From positions 62,001-126,000 of the forward strand of contig JBDOQK010000073.1 of NCBI GenBank assembly GCA_040437565.1: DNA of 64,000 bases, written 5' to 3'. The notes under the pieces are model-generated. The model saw nothing but the letters and a program-made list of their open reading frames with translations, did not search any database and had not been told where the DNA came from. The DNA is from Albugo candida. Its lineage: Eukaryota. Shown here in pieces: positions 1-12,684 of this stretch (positions within the stretch are counted from its first letter, which is position 1; each line of letters begins with the position of its first letter). A program made the position numbers and the translations under genes.

Positions 1-272
1 TCCTATCATGCTCAAATTCCCATGACATATGGTGAGGACACAGTCGTGTTTGTACATCGACAAAGCTTCAAAAACAAAAACAGATTGACGCACATTTTTA
101 AGTGAGGCGATATAACGAGCTCGACATTTTGGTCTCTGAGGATTGTGTTTTAAGCGAGCTTGCTAATAGTTGATCGACATGACATTTTCTGAATCGATCT
201 GAGCATCAGAATTGGCCATTTTATCTGTTTCAACAGAATCAATATGGTTATAAACTACTAGTGATTGCCTTG

Positions 273-1721
273 GTACACAACATTGCGTTCGATACTACGC
301 GTTAGATGCATGCTGCATGGAGATCGTCTTGGTGGTCTGTTTCGAAGACATATGACGGGGACTGACGTCAAAAATTGATGCTCCATTTGTTTTTTAGCTT
401 GTATTTGATCACCTTATCGTAAAACGACCATCGTAGTGTGTAGTTATCACTTCTACAACAGCATTTTATGCGCACTTCGCATCAGGTGAGCTTGAATGTC
501 TGCTTATAGAGACTTGGGCCCAAATCTCCATCTGCAGGATCTGCTGTCTCTCATAACTGAGCCAAAGCGAGGACCTATAATGAAGACGGCGTGCAAGTGA
601 GTGTGTACAGCCCTTCGTCGTCACTTTTAAGATGGAATCTTGTACTTCATTGGCCGATTCTATCATCCTGAACAGTTTGCCATTAGAGTGGCGAGCATCT
701 TCATGTGTGCTTTGCCATACGCTTTCGTTGAAATTTCTAATGGATGTAATGTAAACTTAAAGAGCAAGAATCAAGCGCTCAAGTCGTTGAATTGTACGTT
801 GGAGATCGTAAACCCTCCGTTCTTCACAGATTCAGCCTTGAATCAGAGCCTTGCGGGTGAAATAATGGTCCGAATCCGTCAACATCAGGCTTGAACTCAA
901 GCAATAAGTGGTATTCCACCGCGAATTGGAATCCATTTTTGTCACTTCAAAAGGGGTCGATTGCTCGATATGATTATAAGATACCATAAGCATATCCATT
1001 TTGACCATGTCGGCACCGACGAACATGGTATTTAAGTGTGCTTTTTTGCTGTAGAGTCATCCAGATGTTCATAATTCAGGGCCTCCTCGAGAATCGATGC
1101 CTCGACGTTCCAATGCGGTCAAAAATATCAAGTAGGCGCTCTTTTGATAATTGGTATGGCCATATTACAGAGCAGGTGTATGTGCTCCTCGGCGCAGCAA
1201 CGGTTCACGAACGCTTAATTATTGACTTCCCTTTTCCGCGAATGCATGCACTTTGCATGTATGTCGATCAAACAAATCGATTGGTCGAGATTCGTTTGCA
1301 TGTACTGTGCTATTTTGTAAATGCCGATAAGAAGTTGCTCAACATGGAGAAGAAGTACTAGTAGCTCGACTATCGATGTAAAATGCTTCGATACTTCAGT
1401 TATATATGAAGTACGTATCACCTAAAATGACTCAAATCACAATAAACCAAGGCTAGTAGCGTATAACGTAAGATATATTACTAAAAGAGGGATACCTGTA
1501 AACATTACAGAATAGATAAGTACCGAAATAGCAAAATAACCTGCATTAATTACAATTAGGTACTGCAACTCGACCAAGAAGAGCTAAATACATGATGACG
1601 TAATTAAGGTCATCAAACATCCAGGACTTCGCAGTATCCATGATGACGTAATGAGGTCATCAAATCCAGCATCTTCGCATTGTACCTATAATGACGTAAT
1701 GAGTTCACGGACGAATGCGTC
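273..1721 (-). mobile_element. Degenerate hAT-like DNA transposon relic (copy 1)
   Basis: Minus-strand peptide PFEVTKMDSNSRWNTTY (ORF 832-1026) resembles the hAT transposase D-x-x-TRWNSTY motif and is followed in another frame by LLEFKPDV. Reading frames are broken. 273-822 and 1691-1721 recur, diverged and inverted, at 54559-55375. Confidence 0.5.
1591..1721 (+). repeat. 48-bp tandem repeat, about 2.7 diverged copies, core ATGACGTAAT
   Basis: Units start at 1591, 1639 and 1687 (catgatgacgtaatt / catgatgacgtaatg / tataatgacgtaatg). Also present in the artefactual duplicate at 2677-2807. Confidence 0.85.
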
Positions 1722-1924
1722 GAGTGCTTGCTTTCCAATTGCATGCGCTGTCCTGCTAGCTCTGCTGACTGTCGAGTTCTTTTTGCATCCGATCCAATTG
1801 CATTTGCAGTATGTGATTGTTGTANNNNNNNNNNNNNNNNNNNNNNNNNNNNNNNNNNNNNNNNNNNNNNNNNNNNNNNNNNNNNNNNNNNNNNNNNNNN
1901 NNNNNNNNNNNNNNNNNNNNNNNN

Positions 1925-2910
1925 TGAATCAGAGCCTTGCGGGTGAAATAATGGTCCGAATCCGTCAACATCAGGCTTGAACTCAAGCAATAAGTGGTAT
2001 TCCACCGCGAATTGGAATCCATTTTTGTCACTTCAAAAGGGGTCGATTGCTCGATATGATTATAAGATACCATAAGCATATCCATTTTGACCATGTCGGC
2101 ACCGACGAACATGGTATTTAAGTGTGCTTTTTTGCTGTAGAGTCATCCAGATGTTCATAATTCAGGGCCTCCTCGAGAATCGATGCCTCGACGTTCCAAT
2201 GCGGTCAAAAATATCAAGTAGGCGCTCTTTTGATAATTGGTATGGCCATATTACAGAGCAGGTGTATGTGCTCCTCGGCGCAGCAACGGTTCACGAACGC
2301 TTAATTATTGACTTCCCTTTTCCGCGAATGCATGCACTTTGCATGTATGTCGATCAAACAAATCGATTGGTCGAGATTCGTTTGCATGTACTGTGCTATT
2401 TTGTAAATGCCGATAAGAAGTTGCTCAACATGGAGAAGAAGTACTAGTAGCTCGACTATCGATGTAAAATGCTTCGATACTTCAGTTATATATGAAGTAC
2501 GTATCACCTAAAATGACTCAAATCACAATAAACCAAGGCTAGTAGCGTATAACGTAAGATATATTACTAAAAGAGGGATACCTGTAAACATTACAGAATA
2601 GATAAGTACCGAAATAGCAAAATAACCTGCATTAATTACAATTAGGTACTGCAACTCGACCAAGAAGAGCTAAATACATGATGACGTAATTAAGGTCATC
2701 AAACATCCAGGACTTCGCAGTATCCATGATGACGTAATGAGGTCATCAAATCCAGCATCTTCGCATTGTACCTATAATGACGTAATGAGTTCACGGACGA
2801 ATGCGTCGAGTGCTTGCTTTCCAATTGCATGCGCTGTCCTGCTAGCTCTGCTGACTGTCGAGTTCTTTTTGCATCCGATCCAATTGCATTTGCAGTATGT
2901 GATTGTTGTA
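1925..2910 (+). repeat. Gap-flank duplicate of 839-1824 (assembly overlap)
   Basis: Apparently identical sequence at offset 1086, starting right after the 100-N gap 1825-1924. Confidence 0.9.
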
Positions 2911-3747
2911 TTCGCTGTTCTTGAGCTTCAATTCAACCATGTATATACGCATCTTTGATGAAGAAATGAGATCATTTTCATAGTGCAGTTGATGCCCGTA
3001 GACTGTCTCTCCTTGAGCGCAATTGGTATATCCATCTTTTTCAAATTCCATTAAATACATCATTCTTTTATTAATATCCGTTTTGATACTTCCCAGCTAA
3101 TTGATCTTTTTTTTCTTAAACGCTATAAAAACTTCAGGAATTACACGTGACTCCACGACCACCTCTTTAAGCTACAAATTAGCTTGCTCTAGTTGCTTGA
3201 TATATGACCCAACGCGTTGGTGTTGCTTTCGGTACAGAAGCTCCGTCGGAATACGCTTTTTTTCCGCACGATCCCTTCGTTCATCCGTCAGTTCTGGATT
3301 CTTTAGATCCCTTCCTTCTTGAGCTCGATAAGTTGCCTTTGCTGCTGCTCTCTGAGAATTTCAAACTCCTCCAGCATCGCCTTGGATCTTGACAACTCTT
3401 CCTTGAGTATTGTGCGTCCTTCCACTATCTCCTTCAGCTTGTGACCATCCTCTTTGTCTGTCTTTTCAAAGCAAAATCGAGCTTGCGTTGACAAGTGGTA
3501 TTGCTTTTTACGGATAACTTCCAGCTGCTTTTTGAGTTCTTGAGCATCCGTTTTGATTATACCGATTTGTTGTCTAGCGCTTTCGAGTTGATTCGTCTTA
3601 GCCTCCAGGGATCGCGATAACGGAACATTCTCTTTCTTGAGTTGCGCCAACTCCCTCAGTCGTGGTTATATAAAGGAACGATACAGACACAAATTGACCG
3701 GACCACCTTAGTCTTTTAGCATGATTCTGTATGCTGATTGTATACAT
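2842..3747 (-). pseudogene. Coiled-coil protein gene, apparently disrupted
   Basis: ATG at 3747 plus a GT-AG intron (about 3657-3706) joins in frame to ORF 3303-3650 (E/K/Q/L-rich heptads). The continuation needs a frameshift near 3310 and meets a TAG near 3180. The last segment is ORF 2842-3063. Confidence 0.4.
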
Positions 3748-4258
3748 TGGGTTTGGAAAAAGGCCGCGCTTGCAACGAATTAGAGCCGAAATCGGAAAGC
3801 GGAACCAGCGGATGAGATGTAATCAATATATATATCTCATTTTGTGTGTCTATTGCAATTAGAAAATTGATGCAAGGACACACAAAATGGGATGTACGCA
3901 CTAATTACATGCGATTCCCGCAATGGAATGGCTATTTTCTAGAATCGGCGGCAAGGTGTACCCTGAGATCCAAAAATAGCGGTAGCGTGGATATGGTGGA
4001 TATCGGTGATATGGCACTCATATCAGAGGTCGGTCCTAGATTGGTGCTGTATATTCAGGGGAAGATAACCTACATGTTATAGAAGCGATATGAAAGTTAA
4101 CAAACATGGTTACAAAGGTAGTGAGAAATATATGCATGATGTATATTGAGTGATGTAATCGTGGTCTAAATAAAAACGGCCCTACTTCACGACACTAGTT
4201 GCGATATCACGTGCAGAGCTCGTCTTATATTCCGGAGGTGATGAAGCATGTATGACTT

Positions 4259-5400
4259 TTATTTCGTTTGGGTGAGCGGGATCATGAATTGATGCTGCTT
4301 CGTGCACATCAACAAATCTTTCACTTGATTTACGCTGCAATCATCAATGAGACCTCTGCGCCATGTAGGCTTCTCTTTGATCACACCATGATTATCGCTG
4401 AATGTAATTTCACTAAAATTGAGGTAGGATGTTCTCACCGTGATAATTGTCCGGATTACACTTTGCATCTGACGATGGGCTCGCTGCTTAGTAACAACAC
4501 CATCTCCACCTTCGGAAGTTCGATCAGGTCGCTTTGCATACGGCTTTTTGCTACTGAAAAACATCTAATCCTCACCTGTCAAAACGTTATATTCATCAAC
4601 GTGATTTCATATAATCCGCGACTGAGTGGCTTTCACAGTCAGCTGGTAGTAGCGGCATGAAAGTGAGATCCTCCGTTGCCTATCAGTTCCTGTGATGGAG
4701 ATGCTCATACGTTGGTCATCACAAACGGATTTCAAGAATGATCGCTCTGTGTCTGATAGACGATGTGAGTTTGATAGTGGTTATGGAATTTGCTCAAGAG
4801 TCCTCAATATGTCCACCTGCGTACTGCTTGAACTATCTGTTCCGCTTGAGGGAGTACTTCGACACATTCGAATACCTCTTGGGAATTTTGTAGCGTGTTC
4901 TCCTTGTGCTATTTTCCTCTATGCTAGAAATGAAAGGTGCGCATAATAAGACATTTTTGCTCCCAAAGATATGAGAAGTTTTCATTCTTCGAATCTCTAT
5001 CCACCTTTGAGGTTTTTCTCTGTGGTTTGTGACTGCGCTTTACTTCGTTCTTGAATTTGCGCCACTCACGATCATGTTGCTTTGCTGACTCAATTCTATG
5101 TAATATAGCGATCGGATCAAATGGATGCACCGAAGCATCAATTCATTTGAATGTGTCTTACTAGAATTAGACTAACTGACTTCTCAAGGTGCCTAGGCTA
5201 TCTAAATATCAAGTATACATATAAAAAACGTTTCATGAAAATACCTGTGAGAGATGATAATATGTCGGCTCGTTGATATTCCTTCAGTTGAGTAGCCTCA
5301 GCCACCTTAATACGAGACTGTGCCCAGCTTGTAAATGCTGAAAAGCTGTGAAGCTGTGAAAATGGTCCAAAAGTTACGTATTTTTCAAATGGATGTGCGC
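4259..5400 (-). pseudogene. Fragmented hypothetical gene or pseudogene
   Basis: Protein-like minus-strand ORFs 4924-5130 and 4259-4564 and a splice-donor-like site near 5245. No coherent model or domain identified. Confidence 0.2.
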
Positions 5401-6166
5401 CACACTAGGCTGAACATAGCCATCCAACTAGAACTAGGATCTGAGTTGCACTTGCATTTCCACTTGCCTGTGTCGTACCCGCAGCAATGATCTTCTGAAA
5501 AATGCACCAAATGATCCTAGCGTTGCGAGTTAATAAAACACCTTGAAAAGCAGAATGCGTTCGTCTTGGTCGTCGAAGCATCAATTTGAGTGAAGGAGAG
5601 GTACAGTAATCGGCTGCTACAAAAAATAGACACAATCTTGCCGTGCTAGAGCGCTAGCGAAAACACATTTGCTCCAAAACACAACAACGAGTTTTTCAGA
5701 GAGAAAATTGTGATACCAATCGCCAAATTAACCTGTTTTCATTCTATCGCTATGATGTGCAGCTCCGCAGTTTTACTTTGGTATTCCATGAGTGATAAAT
5801 GGACAAATAAGCCCCACTTCCAAAAATGGTTCCATCCATGTGAAAACCACAAAGTTGCGGAATGGTATGCAAGCATATAAATGCTGGGCAAGTGGGCGCA
5901 CATTAGGCAGAATCAAAGTGTGCACCACTTACAGAGCTGAGCACACTTATCATTATTGAAAGCGAATCAAGTTCGATTTTGTTAATTCTTTTAGTGCCGT
6001 TTTTCTATTTGGACAGGGTCTAACGCAGCAGAATTTTGGTGGTGATGCTCTGAACGAGTTTTACTCNNNNNNNNNNNNNNNNNNNNNNNNNNNNNNNNNN
6101 NNNNNNNNNNNNNNNNNNNNNNNNNNNNNNNNNNNNNNNNNNNNNNNNNNNNNNNNNNNNNNNNNN

Positions 6167-6492
6167 ATTCTATCGCTATGATGTGCAGCTCCGCAGTTTT
6201 ACTTTGGTATTCCATGAGTGATAAATGGACAAATAAGCCCCACTTCCAAAAATGGTTCCATCCATGTGAAAACCACAAAGTTGCGGAATGGTATGCAAGC
6301 ATATAAATGCTGGGCAAGTGGGCGCACATTAGGCAGAATCAAAGTGTGCACCACTTACAGAGCTGAGCACACTTATCATTATTGAAAGCGAATCAAGTTC
6401 GATTTTGTTAATTCTTTTAGTGCCGTTTTTCTATTTGGACAGGGTCTAACGCAGCAGAATTTTGGTGGTGATGCTCTGAACGAGTTTTACTC
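6167..6492 (+). repeat. Gap-flank duplicate of 5741-6066 (assembly overlap)
   Basis: Apparently identical, offset 426, adjacent to gap 6067-6166. Confidence 0.9.
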
Positions 6493-8772
6493 GCAATTTT
6501 GTTACTGAAAAATTGTGTATATGGTAGATTCCAAAATATATGTTGATTCTAGAGGCAACCCCGGTATATCCACGACGTGACACCAAGACGTGCTAATCTC
6601 CCCTACCCGACATCATTCCGCTGATAACCAAATTGCTACTTGTGCGGCGAACTTGACGACAAACTGACATGTTTGATTGATCACTGTGCAAATGTCACAT
6701 ATAAGGTGGTCAAGCGTGTTGGAAGACTCTCTGAGTTGGGCGGTGACTGCCAACGACTATGACTTCGTCTAGACCGACGTGTGATCTTCGCGCTTTTGAA
6801 GGTGAAAAGAAATTGGCTAGGATAAACGTCATTTTTGGGCTCAACTGTTTTTATTTCCGTTCGGTCACGCTGGTGGGGTGATACGCTGAAAACCCCAGCT
6901 TGTCTATCACAGCAAAAGGGATCAAAACCCGTCAAATTTCCGAATAACGAAATCACTTTGATTCGCTGAAGCCGCCTATGTTTGCACTATTTGCATTGCA
7001 CGCAATACACAAAGATATAAAAGTCAGATTTGAAGGCCAGAAATGGTCGAGACGTCATCCTCTAACCCCGGTGCGTGATGAAGTAGTCTAGCTTGAAACT
7101 ATATGCTTTGAGCATACCACAGAAGCACTCATTTTTTTCTATTGAGGTCCGGTGAAACGTTGAGATGGCTGGCATTCACGTCAGTGGCATGGAGGGTGAA
7201 AATGTACACTTCAAATACGTGCTGAGCTGGGAGCTTATATCGACGGGTGGCTGAAAGGTGTGATAGACAAAAGTGTTGATACTTCAAATATTTGGTGCAG
7301 TGGATTCTTCAGCGGAAATGGCTTGGATATAATCGCGTGTTGGTCCCGCTGTGGTGAAGCTCATTTGTATATATCGCAACGGAGGATGGACGCTTGCAAA
7401 CAACTTATTGAATTGGACGATTATAACACCATGCGAAAGCCCTGATATGACCTATACGTGCGTATTGAATCAAGCAACAAGATGCTTGCGATCACAAAGT
7501 AAAGTAGCAGACACAGTCCATGTCACAGGCTTGGATAACTCGTTTTTCAGACGCTTTTGCATAGCCGGAAGTACTTTACGGTTGTATAGTCAGAAACTTC
7601 AATGCGGTATAAAGTTTGTCGAAATGTCTACTGGAATTTGCGGTAGTCGATGGACTAGGTTTTAAGGAGCAATAAAAGTATCTGTGATGCTGATGTTCCC
7701 AGTGGAAAAATAAGTATCGATCCGAAGCACTCATTGAAGTCGCCCTCAATGTTCAATGACCAAACTCTATTACTAAAATTGCCGGGTATCCTTGCCTTTT
7801 GATTCGGTCAGGAGCATAGCGACAATGTGTGTTTTCTCCTCCCTTCCATGTCTGAGTGATCTGTTACATTATCGCCACCACTTTGAGATAGCCCGAAAAA
7901 TATGCTACTCTAGACCAGCGTTTAGAATTTGCTATAAACGTACTGAAAGTTCTTGTGGAAAGTTTAGCTAGCTGGAATGCGCAAGCGTATCGAGCATGCG
8001 TCTTACCCTCTACTGTAGCAAGCTTAAGCGCCTTGTATTCCTCGTAGGGTGAAGAAATCACCTGCGTCCACGTCCGTTGCCACGAAGGAATTCCGTAAGC
8101 ACATGGAGACATGCTGGTAAGATCAATTGTATCTGTAGTGCAGTTGATGGACGGTACTCGGTAGCTGTCCCAGGTAGTAGCAGCATAGTATGGCCGATAC
8201 CCTACGGGTTGAAAGAAATATAGCATCATATTACGTTTGGTTGACGTGTGTCTCAAGGTATACTGAGCTATTGTACCGAACTAGTCATCTGTTTCAACCA
8301 CTTTATGGCGTGCGCTCTCGATCAAATCAATACTGCGCATCTTATTAGTATCAATATAAAAGTCGACACAGTTTATGTGTATAAAGTAAACCCACGCGAG
8401 ACATTACATATTTGCTTGACAAGCTTACCCTCTTAGCCAGGGGATTGATTTTTCAGTCACCTGTTTGCTATCAGATTGATTTTGTTGACTCGGTGCGGCT
8501 ATTTGTACTGATCGGACGCGTATGATTTCCCTTCAGTGACTCTGCCACAACCCAAGGACCGGTCACTGCGAATATAGAAAGGTACCCATCTGAACGAAGC
8601 GTTGACCGTTCCAACAGCTTGAGGCTTTTAACAGATACGGATCTTGGCTAATGCTACACTTCAATTTTCGTGTTGATTCTGGAGCTGGCGACCCAGGCTG
8701 CACTTATAAAGGATCTACACAACAAGGAAACGTCTACATTTGGGATCACTGAAAACAATATCTTCAGTCCTC

Positions 8773-9662
8773 TTATTCTAGTGCATACATTTTGACCGGA
8801 AACAATTCTGCAGGAAATTCCATCTGCCGTTGCTCGAATAGAAGCCGTAGACCTGCTTGTTTGAATATACTTTTGTAATAAGCGTCGCATCGTGTCAAGC
8901 TCAAATCGCTTTTATCGAGTACAAATGGTTGCTCTTTGTCCAATATTACATTCTCCTTCACACAAATCCAGCCATGAGGTTTTAAGGCACTTTGACATCG
9001 TTGTAAAAAATTTACAAGATCTATATCCGTCAAGTAAAGCAGTACCCATTGAATCCATATTACATCGTATGAATTTTGAGTTGGCTGAAAGTCTTGTAAT
9101 GCAACACAAAATGAAGTGCCTATTCGCTCTGTTTCAGTTTCGCCAATATATCGTGGCACATGCTCAAGAAGTCGGACACTTTGCTCGACCAAATCTACTT
9201 TCTCAAAGTTTGGTAGTAATAGGTATTTAGTGACGCGACCAATTCCAGCACCGCAATCGACGGCAACTTTTGAACCACACTGAGGGCGTAAATTTTCTTT
9301 AACATATTTCAAAAACTGGGTTGAGTCGAAGATGTCAGCCTCTGAAACTTCCGCATAACCACCTAATACTCCATTCTCGTTCAATGAGCATGTGCTTTCA
9401 TCATCCCAAAATTGTTTCGCGCAAGAGTACCATGTATCCGATTTAGTACCGTCGGAAAGCATGTGCTTCCATAGGTCGATTATGCTCCTGATATATCAAG
9501 TATTTTCATTCAATGAAACTGGTAGGATATAAGGACTTACACGAATTCATCCGACCGATGGATACAGGCAATGTCGAGATCGTTCTGTATTTGTATGGCA
9601 ATTTTCTCCAACTTTTTCCATCCAGACGCAATTGTATCTTCCACTGGGACGTTTGGCGCCAT
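8773..9662 (-). CDS. NTMT1: Alpha N-terminal protein methyltransferase 1 (2 exons; intron 9488-9540)
   Basis: Motifs VLGGY, VDCGAGIGRVTK (SAM-binding), YDVIWIQWV, VKEN and FPAELFPVKMYAL. Exon 1 (ATG 9662) splices in frame through GTAAGT...TCAG. Confidence 0.93.
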
Positions 9663-10137
9663 GTGACTCTAAATTAGGCGCAGAGAACAAAGTATACTTT
9701 TTTCAATAAACTATGTGACTTCCAGAAATATGTATAATGGCAGATGGACAGATAAATTTTTAGTACTGCGGAATTTACTTGCATCTGATCATAATTTTCT
9801 ATAAAATGACAATAAGCTAGCGTTCTTTACGCTACTTGATCGAACACTTTGCATGATTCTAAGCGGTCTACTTACAAGTGGGAAGTAACCGAGGCTTATC
9901 TTTGCAGGATACTAATACTTTTTAAATTCATTTTGTGATGGGTTGCCACCACAGCATGCTTCAATTAAACTTTCCGGGAACATTTTTTTCTTCACCGATA
10001 AGTGCTGAGATTCCGATTCCATCATTTGGTGTCACGTGTATTTCGTGAAATAACGTAAGTACACAAAAGAAAACCAATATTAGATAATATAGACAGTGAG
10101 CTTTCTCAGCCAAACAAATTTTCGGGGCCCAATTGTG

Positions 10138-11949
10138 ATGGGATCGTATGAAGTGCCACGCGTTGATGTAAATAAAACGGGATGGGGACCAACGCAACTT
10201 CCGGAACAATACATGGACATTCCTTATGCACCCTTCAATAGAAATGACAAACTTGGTAAAGTAGCGGACTTTGTATCAACGTACAACAATCGCTCGGGTC
10301 GATATGTCCGTGATCCAAGCGGTGTCAACGCAGATTTCCAATACAGGCACGACACCGTTGAAGATGCATCATTTCAACTTGTCGATACTGCCAAAACGAC
10401 TCGCCATCGGACTATTGATCGTATCCGACCGACTTGGAATCAGCAGCGATTTGGAGCGCGGTACTCTCAAAATCATCGTGGAAGAGGTGCACCTCCCGCT
10501 GAAGTTCGTGGGACGCATCAGACTGGCCAACTTCAAATGAAGGGGCAACAAAAACACAACAAGCGCTGGGATCGTTTCAATAATGCGCGAAGGGCATACA
10601 CGAGTCGTCGTAGAGACGATGTCAAAACTGATCGCCTCGCTACTGTAAGAATTCAAGCTGATTGGAGATTAGTGGATGAATTTGAACTGCAACAACTCAC
10701 GAAATTACAAGCCAATATTCCAACGGCTGAAGACATTCGGTTTTGTGGTAGCCTGCTAGAGTACGATACAAATTTTGATCGAATGACGAGCAAATCAAGC
10801 AAGCGCCTCAGCCGTTATGACGATCGTGAGTTTTTCTATGTCACAACCAATGCAGACCCTGTCATAGAAGAGTTGGCTATGGAGAAAGAAGCTACGGTAT
10901 TTGCAACCGATGCGATCCTCGCTCACTTGATGGCATGCACTCGATCTGTTCTTCCGTGGGACATCGTGGTGCATAAAGTGAATAATATGATCTTTTTCGA
11001 TAAACGCGACCAATCTACATTCGACTTTTTGACCGTTAATGAAAACGCAGCGGAACCACCGTCGTCAGACGACAGAGATTCGATTAATCACCCAGACCGA
11101 TTGTCTCTGGAAGCAACCATGATCAACCAAAATTTTTCTCAAAGTTTGATGAAGACAGATTCTTCATTTGTCAAAACTTTCGAGCACCCGAATCCGTTTG
11201 CTGACGAAGAAACAAAACCTGCAGCCATTGCTTACAGATACCGAAAGCTCGATTTAGGCACCGAAACCCTTATTGTTCGTTGTGAGATCAATGGGGTTTC
11301 CAGGAAGAAAGGAAAAGAAGAGTACATCTCGACGTACGCACTCAACGAATGGGATCCTAAAGTGAGCGGAAATGTCGAATGGCGTACAAAGATCGATACT
11401 CAGGTGCGTCATAGTGTGGCAACGCATTTTCTGAGCTTGATGATGTTCCAAAACATATACGCTATTCTGAAAGCGGTGCAATTGCACGCTACTGAAGCGA
11501 TTTGATTTACCGCTGAAAGCTTGACCTTTTCTTACGATGTGATAGCTAACTATGATTTACCTTTTTGTCTTTAGCGTGGTGCAATTCTCGCAACCGAGTT
11601 GAAAAACAACTTTTGCAAACTATACAAATGGACCGCACAGGCTTTGCTGAGTGGTGTCGATGAGATGAAATTAGGATTTATCTCGCGGGTCAACTACAAG
11701 GATCCTTTAGCGCACGTGATATTAGGTATTCAATCGTATCGTCCTGATATATTTGCCACACAAATTGCACTGAGTCAGAACAACATGTGGGGAATCATCA
11801 AAATGCTCATCCAAGTTTTTTCAGAAGAGCCTGAAGGAAAGTATGTGATCATGAAAGACCCAAATCGGCCTGTTCTTAGGATTTATGCAGTCCCGTTTGA
11901 GACTTTTGAGGATGATCCAGATGATAACGACGAAGACAGTGATATGTAA
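10138..11949 (+). CDS. EIF3D: Eukaryotic translation initiation factor 3 subunit D (intron 11404-11574)
   Basis: [53 protein letters not shown]. Splicing restores [14 protein letters not shown]. Branch point GCTAAC. Confidence 0.96.
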
Positions 11950-12684
11950 GAGGAGACATTGCGTGATGCAGTATGTAATTGTCTTGGAAGCAATTGTGCC
12001 GAATTCTTGTTACCCATCTTCCATCTCCTATACCAGACAAATAGCTAGATTATGACAGCATGTGTGGGAGATGCTTGCACTCTGATATACTTTTGCACTC
12101 ATAGGAAATGCCTCGGCGTGTGCTCATACAGCTTCTGTGCACATTGCCTACGATAATTGGCGTGAGTCGAGTAACGCCGCTCAGCGTTCACTAAAATCCA
12201 TGCCCAGCACATCGTTTCAGCTATTCCGCATACAAGTGATGCGAACAGCTCGCGCTACGTCGCATATCGTCAGGTTTAGTCGGCTTGATGGCGTGCAAGT
12301 GAACTATACGTTGAGCTTTCAAACGTCGACTATACTCGAATGACGCAAACGAAATGACCAATCCTTTCCTCAAGCTGGCAGCTTGTCAAAATGTGTAAAC
12401 ACAATCGTTACTTGAGGTATGGGTTTGTTGCGTGCATAGGCTGCCGCACTGGTGCCATGTGTTAGCTGTACTCCCTATAAGCCGCTTGCGTTGTCTCATG
12501 GAGCTGGCAAACCGCCCGATTTGAATGTTACTTTCTTGGAAACACATGTTTAGATACAGAGCCAATAACGTGCTTCTCTCATATGCTCTTGATGCATCAC
12601 AAATAGAAAGCACAATTTCAATTGGCACGTCGATTCTACGCAAGCCAGAATATTGTGCGGCGATTACATACATCTTTTACGATT

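Noticed and set aside
3675-3687. GGAACGATACAGA match to U6 snRNA
   Set aside because: Only 13 nt match. The ACAGAGA box and the rest of U6 are absent, and no properly placed C/D boxes support an antisense guide.
8630-8661. Short segments complementary to the U2 snRNA branch-pairing region (possible scaRNA)
   Set aside because: Matches are 8-9 nt and out of order, with no convincing hairpin or H/ACA box.
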